A stretch of 61,044 nucleotides of DNA, taken from positions 1 through 61,044 of the IMG/VR virus record IMGVR_UViG_3300009508_001114. One strand, given 5' to 3'. The position numbers and the translations under genes were made by a program. Of this stretch, positions 27,351 to 37,034 are shown piece by piece. The number at the start of each line of letters is the position of its first letter. The first letter of the stretch is position 1. The notes beneath the pieces are model-generated. The model was not told the origin of the DNA and searched no databases. It saw nothing but the letters and a program-made list of their open reading frames with translations. Source of the DNA: a virus (lineage: Duplodnaviria > Caudoviricetes).

Positions 27351-28019
27351 TTATTTGTAAAAAGTGTGGTTATCTACAACAGCAGCAATCTCAAAATGGT
27401 CTGCCCAAAAAGGATCGCTAATACTGGGGTTGTGGTAGTGTGTAGCACCAAAGGTAGGATCCTTGGTGTGTCCTAATAAAACATCAAATGCAATATTATT
27501 ACTGTCGTTCCAGGCTGCAACATTAGGTTTAACTGGTACACCTTTGCTATTTGTTAAGTAAAGATCATCACTCTTACCATCACAAAACCAACTAAACTGG
27601 CACATGCCACGAGCAGGAACTTCATTGCCCTTCCAGTTAACACGCATCTTTGCTTGGTAGACTACTTCACAAACATTGTTAGGGAAACGATGACTGAGTT
27701 TTCTATTCATTGTAACGTGGGCTACTGCAAGTTTTCCTAAATAACTTTCGCCTTTTGCTTCATGGTATATGTTTACAGCAAGACAGTGTAACTGGTCAGG
27801 ATCTACATTAGGCTGGCCAGTCACTGGAAAAGCTTCTGATTCAGGTTCACTAACAGCTATTGTGGCTGGTGCAAACGAAGGGACTGGAATTTCCAACTCT
27901 GTACTAGTGCGTGGGGTAGTTTGTTTAAAAATCCCTGCACCAGCTAGAACTACAGTAACTGGACCTAATACAACTAGAATTACAGCAAGAGCTTCTAAGA
28001 TTATATAAATTGTTTTCAT
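27351..28019 (-). CDS. SleB-like cell wall hydrolase (Hydrolase_2)
   Basis: CLAVNIYHEAKGE, FPNNVCEVV, CQFSW, DPTFGATHYH, HTFY; N-terminal TM. Confidence 0.92.
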   Translation of the reverse strand: MKTIYIILEALAVILVVLGPVTVVLAGAGIFKQTTPRTSTELEIPVPSFAPATIAVSEPESEAFPVTGQPNVDPDQLHCLAVNIYHEAKGESYLGKLAVAHVTMNRKLSHRFPNNVCEVVYQAKMRVNWKGNEVPARGMCQFSWFCDGKSDDLYLTNSKGVPVKPNVAAWNDSNNIAFDVLLGHTKDPTFGATHYHNPSISDPFWADHFEIAAVVDNHTFYK

Positions 28020-28032
28020 GGATCACTCCTGT

Positions 28033-28320
28033 TTAAACGATTTGTATGCTACTTGTGGCCTGTGTATATGATTTTGCTATATCTTCGTCAGTGGATATTT
28101 GAGCAACAATATTACTTTTATTTAGTGTAATTTTTTGAGATTGTGCACTCATTATCCAGGGTATCATTCCCATACCCTGCGGGCCTTGTGCTAATACACT
28201 TGGCTTGCTTACAGTAATATGTGATTCGTCACCTGATTCAAATCTAGCAATAATTTCCTCACCAGATTGCATTTTCAGTGTGACAATGCTGCCTTCTTTA
28301 ATTGGTTTATTCAATAACAT
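28033..28320 (-). CDS. Sm-like fold hypothetical protein
   Basis: IVTLKMQSGEEIIARF...VSKP pattern; apparent paralog at 46542. Confidence 0.6.
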   Translation of the reverse strand: MLLNKPIKEGSIVTLKMQSGEEIIARFESGDESHITVSKPSVLAQGPQGMGMIPWIMSAQSQKITLNKSNIVAQISTDEDIAKSYTQATSSIQIV

Positions 28321-28431
28321 AATATGCTCACTTTTATATATTATACAGTGTTTTTACTGTATGTCAACCTGTTTTGGGCGGAAAAAACCATGTTTTTCAA
28401 TGGTTTAAAACTTTTTTAGTAAATATTTGTT

Positions 28432-28531
28432 GGACCGCGATGTTCGGGTGTATCAAAAAATGAATTCGCGTCAATCTTAGTAAACGCTATCTAGTACAGT
28501 AGGCACTGTGCAAACGGGCGGTCCTTTTTTT
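28432..28531 (+). ncRNA. candidate small structured RNA
   Basis: GTAAATA upstream; GGACCGC/GCGGTCC closing stem, internal hairpins, T7 tail. Confidence 0.45.
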
Positions 28532-28543
28532 CTATCCTTATGT

Positions 28544-29071
28544 TCATTTGGAAATATACCAACTGGGAAATCTGCACCAATGGTCGTTATCCTCATTTTG
28601 GAAATCGAACACATTTAATTTTTTGTTTTCCTGGGCACAAAACTGATCAACAACTTTTACTGTTAGTGGCCATTCTTTAATATCATAATCGTCACCACTA
28701 AATATTCCGCCTGGTTTTAATTTGGGCCACCATTCCTTAAGAGTTTGACCGTTATCTTGTCCTGTGTGAGCATATCCATCTATATAAATAAAATCAAAAA
28801 ACTCATCAGGAAAAGTTTTAACTGCATCTGCAAACGTGGATTGAATTACACTGTTATTTTCTCGATAGGGCAATAATCGTTTTACTGCTCTGTTGTACTG
28901 GTTTAAATCGTGCCCCCTATCTCCTGCCCACATATCAATACTGTATAAATGCTCTACATCATGGTTCTCTAGAATCATTTCGCTAAACACGCCTTCTGCT
29001 ACACCTAGTTCAACACAAATAGGTTTATCTACAGCAAAGTCCAAAATGTTATGTCTTTTAATAATCGTCAT
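28544..29071 (-). CDS. class I SAM methyltransferase (Methyltransf_24-like)
   Basis: VELGVAEG, DFIYIDGYAH, LKPGGIFSGDDY. Confidence 0.88.
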   Translation of the reverse strand: MTIIKRHNILDFAVDKPICVELGVAEGVFSEMILENHDVEHLYSIDMWAGDRGHDLNQYNRAVKRLLPYRENNSVIQSTFADAVKTFPDEFFDFIYIDGYAHTGQDNGQTLKEWWPKLKPGGIFSGDDYDIKEWPLTVKVVDQFCAQENKKLNVFDFQNEDNDHWCRFPSWYISK

Positions 29072-29696
29072 GATAGAATATTTTTTTTGATTCCTCAAAA
29101 TGGAGGCTTGCAAGCCAGTTGGTAGGCGCAGTAGCGTCATCAACAAGTCTGAACTTTACTTCTTCCCATAGATCATATACCAGTTCGTCTTTGACTACTA
29201 CCTTGTTTAGTCTACGCTGCATATTGTACATAGTGTCGCCTTGGTATACATCAAGACTAATCATGCCGTCGTGTGATGGTACTTTTCTCATTTGGGTTGC
29301 TCTTATACTATGAGGCACACCATCGCCAACCAATTGTAATAGACTTGCCATCACATTTAAATAATTTACACACTGGACAATGTTCATTGCTGCTGCACTT
29401 CTAGCAGGATCACCTATGTCTACAAGTGTATCAAGAATACTAACTAACCATCGTAGATCATAGTGTTCTAAAATCTCGTCCATGTATTTGTCTAAGATTT
29501 CGTAAAACTTTTTAGTATTTTCTTCTAAGTCTATTTCTCTGCGTATATAAATTATATGCTTTACAAGCTCGTGGCATACAAGCGGTTTGCCCACAAACTC
29601 TGCTTTAACTGCGTCAATGTTTTTTTCTACATCATGTATTCTGTTAAGATTTGACTTAGGTTCTATTCCTGATATAATTTCTAATAGTGGATCCAT
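29058..29696 (-). CDS. hypothetical protein
   Basis: 212-aa ORF. Confidence 0.75.
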   Translation of the reverse strand: MDPLLEIISGIEPKSNLNRIHDVEKNIDAVKAEFVGKPLVCHELVKHIIYIRREIDLEENTKKFYEILDKYMDEILEHYDLRWLVSILDTLVDIGDPARSAAAMNIVQCVNYLNVMASLLQLVGDGVPHSIRATQMRKVPSHDGMISLDVYQGDTMYNMQRRLNKVVVKDELVYDLWEEVKFRLVDDATAPTNWLASLHFEESKKIFYHDDY

Positions 29697-29731
29697 TTGT
29701 ATTCCCGATTTTACATTATTTACAAAATAAA

Positions 29732-30787
29732 TTAAGCTGCATCACTAATTAATGGTATTGACTGTTCGTACAGTTGTTGGCTTGCTAAGTTTTTAGCTTT
29801 AGCTTCACACTGTATGTCAAAGTCTTTGGAAAAGGAAAGGGCCCATTCGTTTACTGCACGATTGGGGAAATAATCGCTGTGGGCTCGGAGCTTTTGCTTC
29901 TTGCATCCCGCCGCAAGTAACTGTTTCATATCAGGCATAGTGTCGTGAGCAAACCCTACTGGTAGCCGTTCATCTCTGCTATAACTGTAATGCATAGCAG
30001 GACGTACACCACGCCAACTGTCAATCACTCGCTTAACTCTATCATCATCAGGTTGTATGTATTCTTCGTCTCTGATCCAGTGGTGATGGATGTCTAACAC
30101 TAGTGCAACATGGTTTGCTAACATTAACGAAGCATCAAGTCCATGACACATTTCATCATTCTCAATAGTAATAATGTTTCTTGCTTCAGGACTTAACTTT
30201 GGTAATACATCAATAATACCCTGATAGCCTAACTTACCTGAGATGTGCACATTGCATTTAAAATCTTGGAACTGTTTACCATAACCCATCCAGCGAGCCA
30301 TGTCAGTGTGATATTCAAATTCGTCTATACTCCTGTCAACAACGTCAGGACGATCGCTAGCAAGAACGGTAAACTGCCCGGGATGAAAACTAATCCTAAC
30401 ATCAAGATCGCGGGCAGCCTGGCCCACTTTGGCAAAGCCCTCAGCCATCCAGTCACGGTTGTTTGAATCTTGCCATAAGTAGCGCCAATCTTCTTGCGTA
30501 GCACAAGGTATCTGATTGCTTCCAAGTCTCACCATCCTTCTGTTTTGGGGTAATGTTGCTACATACTCTACTAGATTTAACATACTGGCCATATTGTGGT
30601 CTACACAATCGAGCATTTTTTGTTCTGCTATAGATTTTTCTTGCCTGTTTAGCCATGCAACTGTGGTTTGCATTTCTGTAAACTTTGATTGTACTTCTTT
30701 TAATACTTTGGGCTTTTGCGTTTGGTCAGGATCCATATATTTGCAACAGAATCCTATTCTTTGTACACTTTGGTCAAACATAAACAT
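29732..30787 (-). CDS. uvsE: UV-damage endonuclease
   Basis: SFHPGQFTVL, NVHI, IENDE, LDIHHH, AHSD, EAKAK. Confidence 0.92.
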   Translation of the reverse strand: MFMFDQSVQRIGFCCKYMDPDQTQKPKVLKEVQSKFTEMQTTVAWLNRQEKSIAEQKMLDCVDHNMASMLNLVEYVATLPQNRRMVRLGSNQIPCATQEDWRYLWQDSNNRDWMAEGFAKVGQAARDLDVRISFHPGQFTVLASDRPDVVDRSIDEFEYHTDMARWMGYGKQFQDFKCNVHISGKLGYQGIIDVLPKLSPEARNIITIENDEMCHGLDASLMLANHVALVLDIHHHWIRDEEYIQPDDDRVKRVIDSWRGVRPAMHYSYSRDERLPVGFAHDTMPDMKQLLAAGCKKQKLRAHSDYFPNRAVNEWALSFSKDFDIQCEAKAKNLASQQLYEQSIPLISDAA

Positions 30788-30813
30788 AATATCTCTATAA
30801 GAGTAAGTTAAAC

Positions 30814-30857
30814 AGTATACACTAATTATTAAATAATGTCAACAATATCGATAAATA
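30814..30857. promoter_or_regulatory. back-to-back promoters at the strand switch
   Basis: Minus-strand TTGACA..TATACT for uvsE; plus-strand GATAAATA 30850-30857. Confidence 0.65.
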
Positions 30858-30887
30858 CATGTAAACGTGTTGCAGGACCAGTATCAT

Positions 30888-31910
30888 ATGAATATTAACG
30901 AAGTAAGTGATTTTAAAAAGGACGAGCTCAGACACGAATTACGTAACGAGCCACCTAATAATTTCCAAATTTATATTAACGGTAACCCCTGGAAGGTGTT
31001 CAAGGGTAAAGGACGTAATGCCGATGATCGTGCAGAGCAGCAACACTACAATCAGTTAAAAAGATGGGCTTCTGAGAAAAGTGCTAGCACTGGAAAAAAA
31101 TGGGAAGTGAGCATCACAGGTAAGCCTGCTTCAGAGTCAGTCGAACTCGATGAAGCAGGTATTCCACAAAAACCTAAGCCATACGGTCGTGGTAATCCTG
31201 TTGCTAAGAATATGGAAAAATTCAACAAGCCTAAAACACATGCAGACAAAAAGAAAGAAATGAAAAAACGTGGTCCAAAGATAAGCATGGACGAAGCGCC
31301 TTTGGTTGTTAGAGGTGAAAACAACTTGCAAACTATGGTAGACAGAGCGTTGGATGTTTGGTTAGGCGGTGAAAAAAGAAGTAGGGAAGAACTTGAAAAA
31401 GTATTAAATGCTATTGGTAAGACTATTCAGGGAAACGGAGAACGTTTAGTTATTGACACTATCGGTGAAGCAACAGATGCAGATAATAAAAGACTGGGTA
31501 TAACCCCTCGTAATCCATCTACAACATATACACTTCGTGGTAAGCATAAAGTAACTTTAACTAAAAGTGGTGACAGCATGAAGCCAAGCTGGCACTGCTC
31601 AGTTGATGGCAAAGATTGCGGAACCCATGCAGGTGAAAAGGCTGCGATGAAATCAGCTATCAAACACATTGATAGTCTCGCAGAAGGTGCTGTTAAGCAA
31701 GGTATTGCAACGCTAGGTGTTCTTGCTGCGCTTATGGGTGCTGGTGAAATGATGAGCGCTGATAATACCCCGTTAGGTAAGGCAATGGCAGTAGCCGCAG
31801 CCAACGGTGATGAATATGCTGCTAAACATTTAGACAACTTAGACTTTTATGCGGACGAAAATTCCGCTATGATTATGAAGTTAAGTAACAAATATCTACG
31901 TGGTAAGTAA
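30888..31910 (+). CDS. putative internal virion protein
   Basis: Late motif upstream; modules separated by xxE motifs; ATG 30888 preferred. Confidence 0.65.
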   Translation: MNINEVSDFKKDELRHELRNEPPNNFQIYINGNPWKVFKGKGRNADDRAEQQHYNQLKRWASEKSASTGKKWEVSITGKPASESVELDEAGIPQKPKPYGRGNPVAKNMEKFNKPKTHADKKKEMKKRGPKISMDEAPLVVRGENNLQTMVDRALDVWLGGEKRSREELEKVLNAIGKTIQGNGERLVIDTIGEATDADNKRLGITPRNPSTTYTLRGKHKVTLTKSGDSMKPSWHCSVDGKDCGTHAGEKAAMKSAIKHIDSLAEGAVKQGIATLGVLAALMGAGEMMSADNTPLGKAMAVAAANGDEYAAKHLDNLDFYADENSAMIMKLSNKYLRGK

Positions 31911-33059
31911 ATGAGAGCTAACGAATTTATAAGTGAAACCAGACGCTTATTCGAACTAAAAAAATTAGGTAGGGCCTTTAATCATTTAGAGGACTTGGTA
32001 TTCTTTTATGGTACCAAAGGTGTGCAAGAAGCATTAGCACATTTGCGTGAATTAGCCACGCAACAAGGAGCAGAAAGTATACGTATGAAGTGGGACGGTG
32101 CTCCACAAGTATACTGGGGTAGAGAGCAAAAAGGTGGCCCTCTTGTGTTAACTGGTCATAATGGCTGGTTAAGAGGGGCCAAAACTACTAGCCCTAAAGA
32201 ATTAGAAGATTTTATAGCAAATCAGAGCGGCAAGCCTGGCACTCCAGAAGAGAAAGCCAAACGTGATGCATTTGCAAAACAGTTTGCTAGTTGGTATCCA
32301 GCATTAGATAAAGCAACACCCAGTGACTTTGTGGGGTTTGTGTATGCAGATGGATTGTTCTTTGAACGTCCTAAACTGGATGAGAACGGTGTGTACAACT
32401 TTTGTCCAAATCCCAAAAGTGACACATGCTATCATGTAAGAGCAGATTCGGAGCTTGGTAAAAAGATCAGCCAAGCGGATATAATGTTAGTAGGACATGC
32501 CAGTTTTCCAGAGTTTGGTGCACCAGATGCAGCCCAGCAACCAATAAGTGATTTTACAATGTTCAACAGTAATCCTGAAGTTATTGTGTTGGGTCCAGTA
32601 TATAACACTAAACCTGTTAAGGTTGACACTGCTAAACTGGACAAAGCAGAGCAGTATGCTAGTTCACACGGCGGCAGAATAGACAGCTTCCTAGCAGGTA
32701 TGAAAGGTTTAGGCGATCTTAAAGAAATCTTATATCGTTACGTTAACCAAACAGCCAAAGCAAAACAACTAGATCAGCTAGGTAGTCAGCATTTTTATAA
32801 CTGGTTAAAGACTAGCAAAGTCAGCGAACCAAAACAAGAAAAAATAGCAGAGTTAGATCAGGCTAACGGAAATGTTATAGATGAAATCTTTACACTGGTT
32901 AAAGATATACAAGGTGCTAAGAACAGCATCATAGATCAATTAGAAGGCGAGCGTGGTGAGATTTGGGACACCAACGGTGAAGGTCATGTTCGTTACGCAG
33001 ATGGTAGCAAAGAGCTAGGCAATGTAAAATTTGTTCCTAGGCACAAGTGGACACCATAA
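31911..33059 (+). CDS. T4-like phage conserved protein (DUF6267-like)
   Basis: HLEDLV, KWDGAP, GEG.V, KFV.R. Confidence 0.75.
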   Translation: MRANEFISETRRLFELKKLGRAFNHLEDLVFFYGTKGVQEALAHLRELATQQGAESIRMKWDGAPQVYWGREQKGGPLVLTGHNGWLRGAKTTSPKELEDFIANQSGKPGTPEEKAKRDAFAKQFASWYPALDKATPSDFVGFVYADGLFFERPKLDENGVYNFCPNPKSDTCYHVRADSELGKKISQADIMLVGHASFPEFGAPDAAQQPISDFTMFNSNPEVIVLGPVYNTKPVKVDTAKLDKAEQYASSHGGRIDSFLAGMKGLGDLKEILYRYVNQTAKAKQLDQLGSQHFYNWLKTSKVSEPKQEKIAELDQANGNVIDEIFTLVKDIQGAKNSIIDQLEGERGEIWDTNGEGHVRYADGSKELGNVKFVPRHKWTP

Positions 33060-33073
33060 ACAGAGGATAAAAT

Positions 33074-35305
33074 ATGCCAACATTTAACGACGGCGCTACT
33101 AATTTAAGTATTAGAACAATTTTAAATAGTAACGGGATACGGAAAAATAATTACAGTGCAACAACTGGACCAACAGCATCTGCAGATGCTATTTCTGGAT
33201 ATGAAATAGGTTCTTTATGGTTTGATGTTGCTACAGCTAAAGTATATTTTGCAAACGATGTTACAACAGGGGCAGCAATTTGGATAGAAGTAGCTAAAGC
33301 ATCTGACGAATCAGATAATCAAACATTATCCTGGAATGCAGTATCTGGTGAACTAACAATATCAGGCGGAAATACCATATCTGGGGTAGGCACACAAAAT
33401 ATATTTAATAATTTCAGTGTGTCTGGACAAACTTCTTTAACACCAGATACTGACGGTGACGAGATTACTTTTGTAGCTGGAACTGGTATGACTATTACTA
33501 CCAATGACATAGATAAATCAATTACATTTGATTCATCAGATACTACAAATAGTTTTAGCAGTATTGCAGTAGCAACACAAAATAATGTTGTTGCTGATTC
33601 AGGAACAGATACATTAACATTTGTTGCTGGTACTAATATGTCTATTGCTACAAATGCAGCTACTGATACAATTACTTTTAATACAACTGCTATTTCTAGT
33701 TCGGGTGTGTTAGCATTGGGCGAAGGAAACTGGGCAGGAAACATTGTACCTATTGCAGACTCGACATATAATTTAGGTAATGAGACTAAGGGTTGGAATA
33801 ATGTATATGTAAGGGGTAACTTAGTAACCACAGGCGCTACAGTTGTTGGATTATCTACACTCAGTATTACTGAAGACACAAATTTATATTATACGCAGGC
33901 AAGGGTCGAAAGCGATGGTATTGCAATTGTTCCCGGCGGAAGTGTTACAGGAACTGTAGGTGATGTTAGAATGCAATATGGTACTGCATATGACGATGCT
34001 GGCGGATCTTTGCCACCACAAGCTGGATCATTCTTTTTTGATTCAGGAAACGCTACGCTTAAAGTTTTTAGTAGCACTGCAGGTAATATCTTTGTTGACG
34101 CTGGGAAAGTTCCTTTAACTGTACAAGATGATACACTGATTAATGAGTACTACATATATGTCGGTAATCCAGTTAATAAATTATCAGCTATCCAAGATTA
34201 TCGCCAGTCGAATACAGGTTTGGCTTATGACCAAGAATTTGCTTATTTAGATCAAGCATTTAAATTTATTATGGAAAATCCTATAGATGAAGTTGGTACT
34301 ATAGATCCTAGTTATGGAAACACTCAACGTAAGGCGGTTTACGTTATCGCCTTAGAAGAAAGTGTTACCCACATTCCCAATCCAACCACTAATTACGATA
34401 GTTTTGATCTATGGAATGTAAATCATCAAATATTGTTGCTCAATCAGAATGCGTTAAACCCAACACCTGCAATAGCAGAATGTTATGCTGTCATAGACGT
34501 TGACCTTAAATTGTGGGGGATACCTCTGTTTCAACCCGCAACAAAAGATCTAAAATTTGCTGGGAGGCTTGATGCAACGGATTGTCATATTAGAACTGCT
34601 AATAATAGTCAAGGGTTTGGGCCAACGATTTTCGAAGATGACATTTGGATAACTAATAGCTTTTTCCGATTAAATAACTGTGATTTTAAACCTATTGGTT
34701 CTAAGCAAATCGGCATTTGGGATAATTCAGTGGCGGATATTGATATTTACGCTGTTGATGAAACAAGTGGCACCCTGAAATTAGCAGCAATCTCATCGGT
34801 AATTGTGGTTGATCAAAATGCCAGCAATATTTCATTGCGAGATGTGAATTCGTGGGACAATTCGTTAATTAGGTTTACTTCTGATGTAACCGTTAGTGGC
34901 ACTATCTCTGCCAGAAATAGTGAAATTCGTATACCAAGTAGTTTAACATTTAATGGAGCTTCTGCACGTTTTAATTTAGAACAAACTGGTAAAGTAATAT
35001 ATGGGTCCGTGAATGCGGTACTAAGCACATCTCATATTATGGGTGGAGATACTATATCGCACCCTGATGCTCAGCCATTCCTAGATTTATCAGAAGCAAG
35101 CTGGAAAGATGGCGTCAAAACTATTAACACTGGAGCTGGATATAATCAAATAGGCCAATATAGAGGCACCTTTAGATTACCTAACATCGACACTACAGCA
35201 CGTAATTCACTAACAGCCGCAAATGGTGATATGATTTACAACACCACTGACAGTAAATTACAGGGTTATCAAGCAGGTGCTTGGATTAACATAGACGGAA
35301 CCTAA
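33074..35305 (+). CDS. tail fibre/virion structural protein
   Basis: Repeated DTLTFVAG, YNLG..W, NLYYT, C-terminal NGDMIYNTT. Confidence 0.8.
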   Translation: MPTFNDGATNLSIRTILNSNGIRKNNYSATTGPTASADAISGYEIGSLWFDVATAKVYFANDVTTGAAIWIEVAKASDESDNQTLSWNAVSGELTISGGNTISGVGTQNIFNNFSVSGQTSLTPDTDGDEITFVAGTGMTITTNDIDKSITFDSSDTTNSFSSIAVATQNNVVADSGTDTLTFVAGTNMSIATNAATDTITFNTTAISSSGVLALGEGNWAGNIVPIADSTYNLGNETKGWNNVYVRGNLVTTGATVVGLSTLSITEDTNLYYTQARVESDGIAIVPGGSVTGTVGDVRMQYGTAYDDAGGSLPPQAGSFFFDSGNATLKVFSSTAGNIFVDAGKVPLTVQDDTLINEYYIYVGNPVNKLSAIQDYRQSNTGLAYDQEFAYLDQAFKFIMENPIDEVGTIDPSYGNTQRKAVYVIALEESVTHIPNPTTNYDSFDLWNVNHQILLLNQNALNPTPAIAECYAVIDVDLKLWGIPLFQPATKDLKFAGRLDATDCHIRTANNSQGFGPTIFEDDIWITNSFFRLNNCDFKPIGSKQIGIWDNSVADIDIYAVDETSGTLKLAAISSVIVVDQNASNISLRDVNSWDNSLIRFTSDVTVSGTISARNSEIRIPSSLTFNGASARFNLEQTGKVIYGSVNAVLSTSHIMGGDTISHPDAQPFLDLSEASWKDGVKTINTGAGYNQIGQYRGTFRLPNIDTTARNSLTAANGDMIYNTTDSKLQGYQAGAWINIDGT

Positions 35306-35308
35306 TAT

Positions 35309-36655
35309 ATGAAATTCAAAGATTATCTAACAGAAGCAGCAGGAGATACCGTTGGTGTTATGTTCGGTCGCTTCAATCCTCCTCATCGTGGCCACAAGGC
35401 TGCGTGGGAAATGGCATCAGAAAACGACCACTGGTACGTAGGCACTAACCAAAGTACTCAGGGTAAGAAAGATCCGCTGCCATACGATATCAAAATTGCA
35501 GCCATGGAGGCACTATGGCCAGAAGTAGGTAGCCACATAGTGCCAGAAACAAACTTGTTTACCCTTGCTACTAAAGTGTTTGCACAACACGGCAAAGTAA
35601 ATCTCACAGTATACACAGACGAAGATTGGTTAACCAAAACACTGGAAAAGTATAATGGTGAGGAAGGCAAACATGGATATTACGATTTTGAATCTATTAC
35701 TCAGAAACCAACTCCACGTCTCAGTTCAGCTACAGATGTACGAAACGCTGTGCTAGCAGATGATAGAGATGCGTTTGAAAGGGCTGCCGGAGTACCTGCA
35801 GACTTTAAAATACAAGGTAAAGACTTTTTTGATGTTGTTGCAGAATACTTGCTTCCACATCACCCAAAACCTGCACAAGAAGATAAATACAATAAAGAAG
35901 ATAGTTTAGAGGAATCTACAATGGATATGCAAACATTACGTCAACTAGCTGGACTGGAGCCTGAAGTACAAGAAGGTGCTCCTGTTGAATTTAAACCACA
36001 GCATGACTTGGACGATACAGCAAAGAAATTAGCAGGAATAGGACGTCTTATGATGGACATGGCTATGGGGCAACAGGACGATGCTGTTTCCAATGCAATG
36101 GCACAATTAGGCGATAGACTTGCTACTGGCGAGATCTCGTCCCAAGAAGATTTAGTAGGTTTCATTAAAAAGTCTAGAGCAGAGCCAGCAGCATTAAGCA
36201 ATGCTGTTACTGCAACAGTAGCCGCATATAACAAAGGCGAGAGAGCTGATCCAGTAGATGATCGTGTTAAAGGCAGAAAAACAGAGTATGTTCCGCCAGT
36301 AGAAGATGAAGATGAAGTAGAAGAAGAAGGGTTAGATCTTTCTAACATCAGAGACGACTATGGTGTACAAGAAGGCGAAGGCGGCACCTGCTCTTGTTGC
36401 GGTAATGAAATAACTGCTGAAGGTTGTGGCTGTGGTCCAGATTGCGAACACTGTGGCGGAATGGGCAAAACAGAAGCTGTTGAAGAAGGCGAAATGCCTA
36501 AAGGTTTAAAAGATTACTTAGACAAAAAGAATGGCAAGAAAGCTGACGAAGACGAAGATGATTCAGAAGAAGAAGTAGAAGAAGCTATTGAGGAAACTAC
36601 TGATAATGCTTATGCTGCTGCAATGGCTGAATTAAGAGCACTAGCAGGATTATAA
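35309..36655 (+). CDS. HxGH nucleotidyltransferase-like domain fused to acidic internal-head domain
   Basis: FGRFNPPHRGH, KDPL, SSATDVR; acidic C-half with LRQLAGL motifs. Confidence 0.8.
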   Translation: MKFKDYLTEAAGDTVGVMFGRFNPPHRGHKAAWEMASENDHWYVGTNQSTQGKKDPLPYDIKIAAMEALWPEVGSHIVPETNLFTLATKVFAQHGKVNLTVYTDEDWLTKTLEKYNGEEGKHGYYDFESITQKPTPRLSSATDVRNAVLADDRDAFERAAGVPADFKIQGKDFFDVVAEYLLPHHPKPAQEDKYNKEDSLEESTMDMQTLRQLAGLEPEVQEGAPVEFKPQHDLDDTAKKLAGIGRLMMDMAMGQQDDAVSNAMAQLGDRLATGEISSQEDLVGFIKKSRAEPAALSNAVTATVAAYNKGERADPVDDRVKGRKTEYVPPVEDEDEVEEEGLDLSNIRDDYGVQEGEGGTCSCCGNEITAEGCGCGPDCEHCGGMGKTEAVEEGEMPKGLKDYLDKKNGKKADEDEDDSEEEVEEAIEETTDNAYAAAMAELRALAGL

Positions 36656-36656
36656 C

Positions 36657-37034
36657 ATGAACGAAATAGAACGCTTACAACAATTAGCAGGCATTGTAGA
36701 ACAACCACGTTCTACGACATTACTGTCAGAGGTAGATGTTAACGAAGGCGAAGGATCTGTAGATAAAGTTGCAGTAGGTCATATTGATAACGAAGCAGAC
36801 ATGATGCGTAAGCAGTTGTTCATTATGGGATCACAGTGTGTGGAACTTTACAAGATGTTAGGCGATATCGATAACGGTGATTTCCCACACTGGTGGCAAG
36901 CTAAAATTGTAAAGGCAGCAGACTACATTGGTGCTGCTCGTGACTATTTAGATTCAGAAGTTAATGCCCCTGAGCAAGAAACAATGGTATCAGATGATGC
37001 TGCTGATAGTTCAGACCCATCAGGCGTTAGTTGA
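36657..37034 (+). CDS. putative internal virion protein
   Basis: RLQQLAGI; PHWWQAKIVKAADYI. Confidence 0.7.
   Translation: MNEIERLQQLAGIVEQPRSTTLLSEVDVNEGEGSVDKVAVGHIDNEADMMRKQLFIMGSQCVELYKMLGDIDNGDFPHWWQAKIVKAADYIGAARDYLDSEVNAPEQETMVSDDAADSSDPSGVS

Noticed and set aside
33074-35305. DGR target in tail fibre
   Set aside because: No template/variable repeat pair or reverse transcriptase noticed
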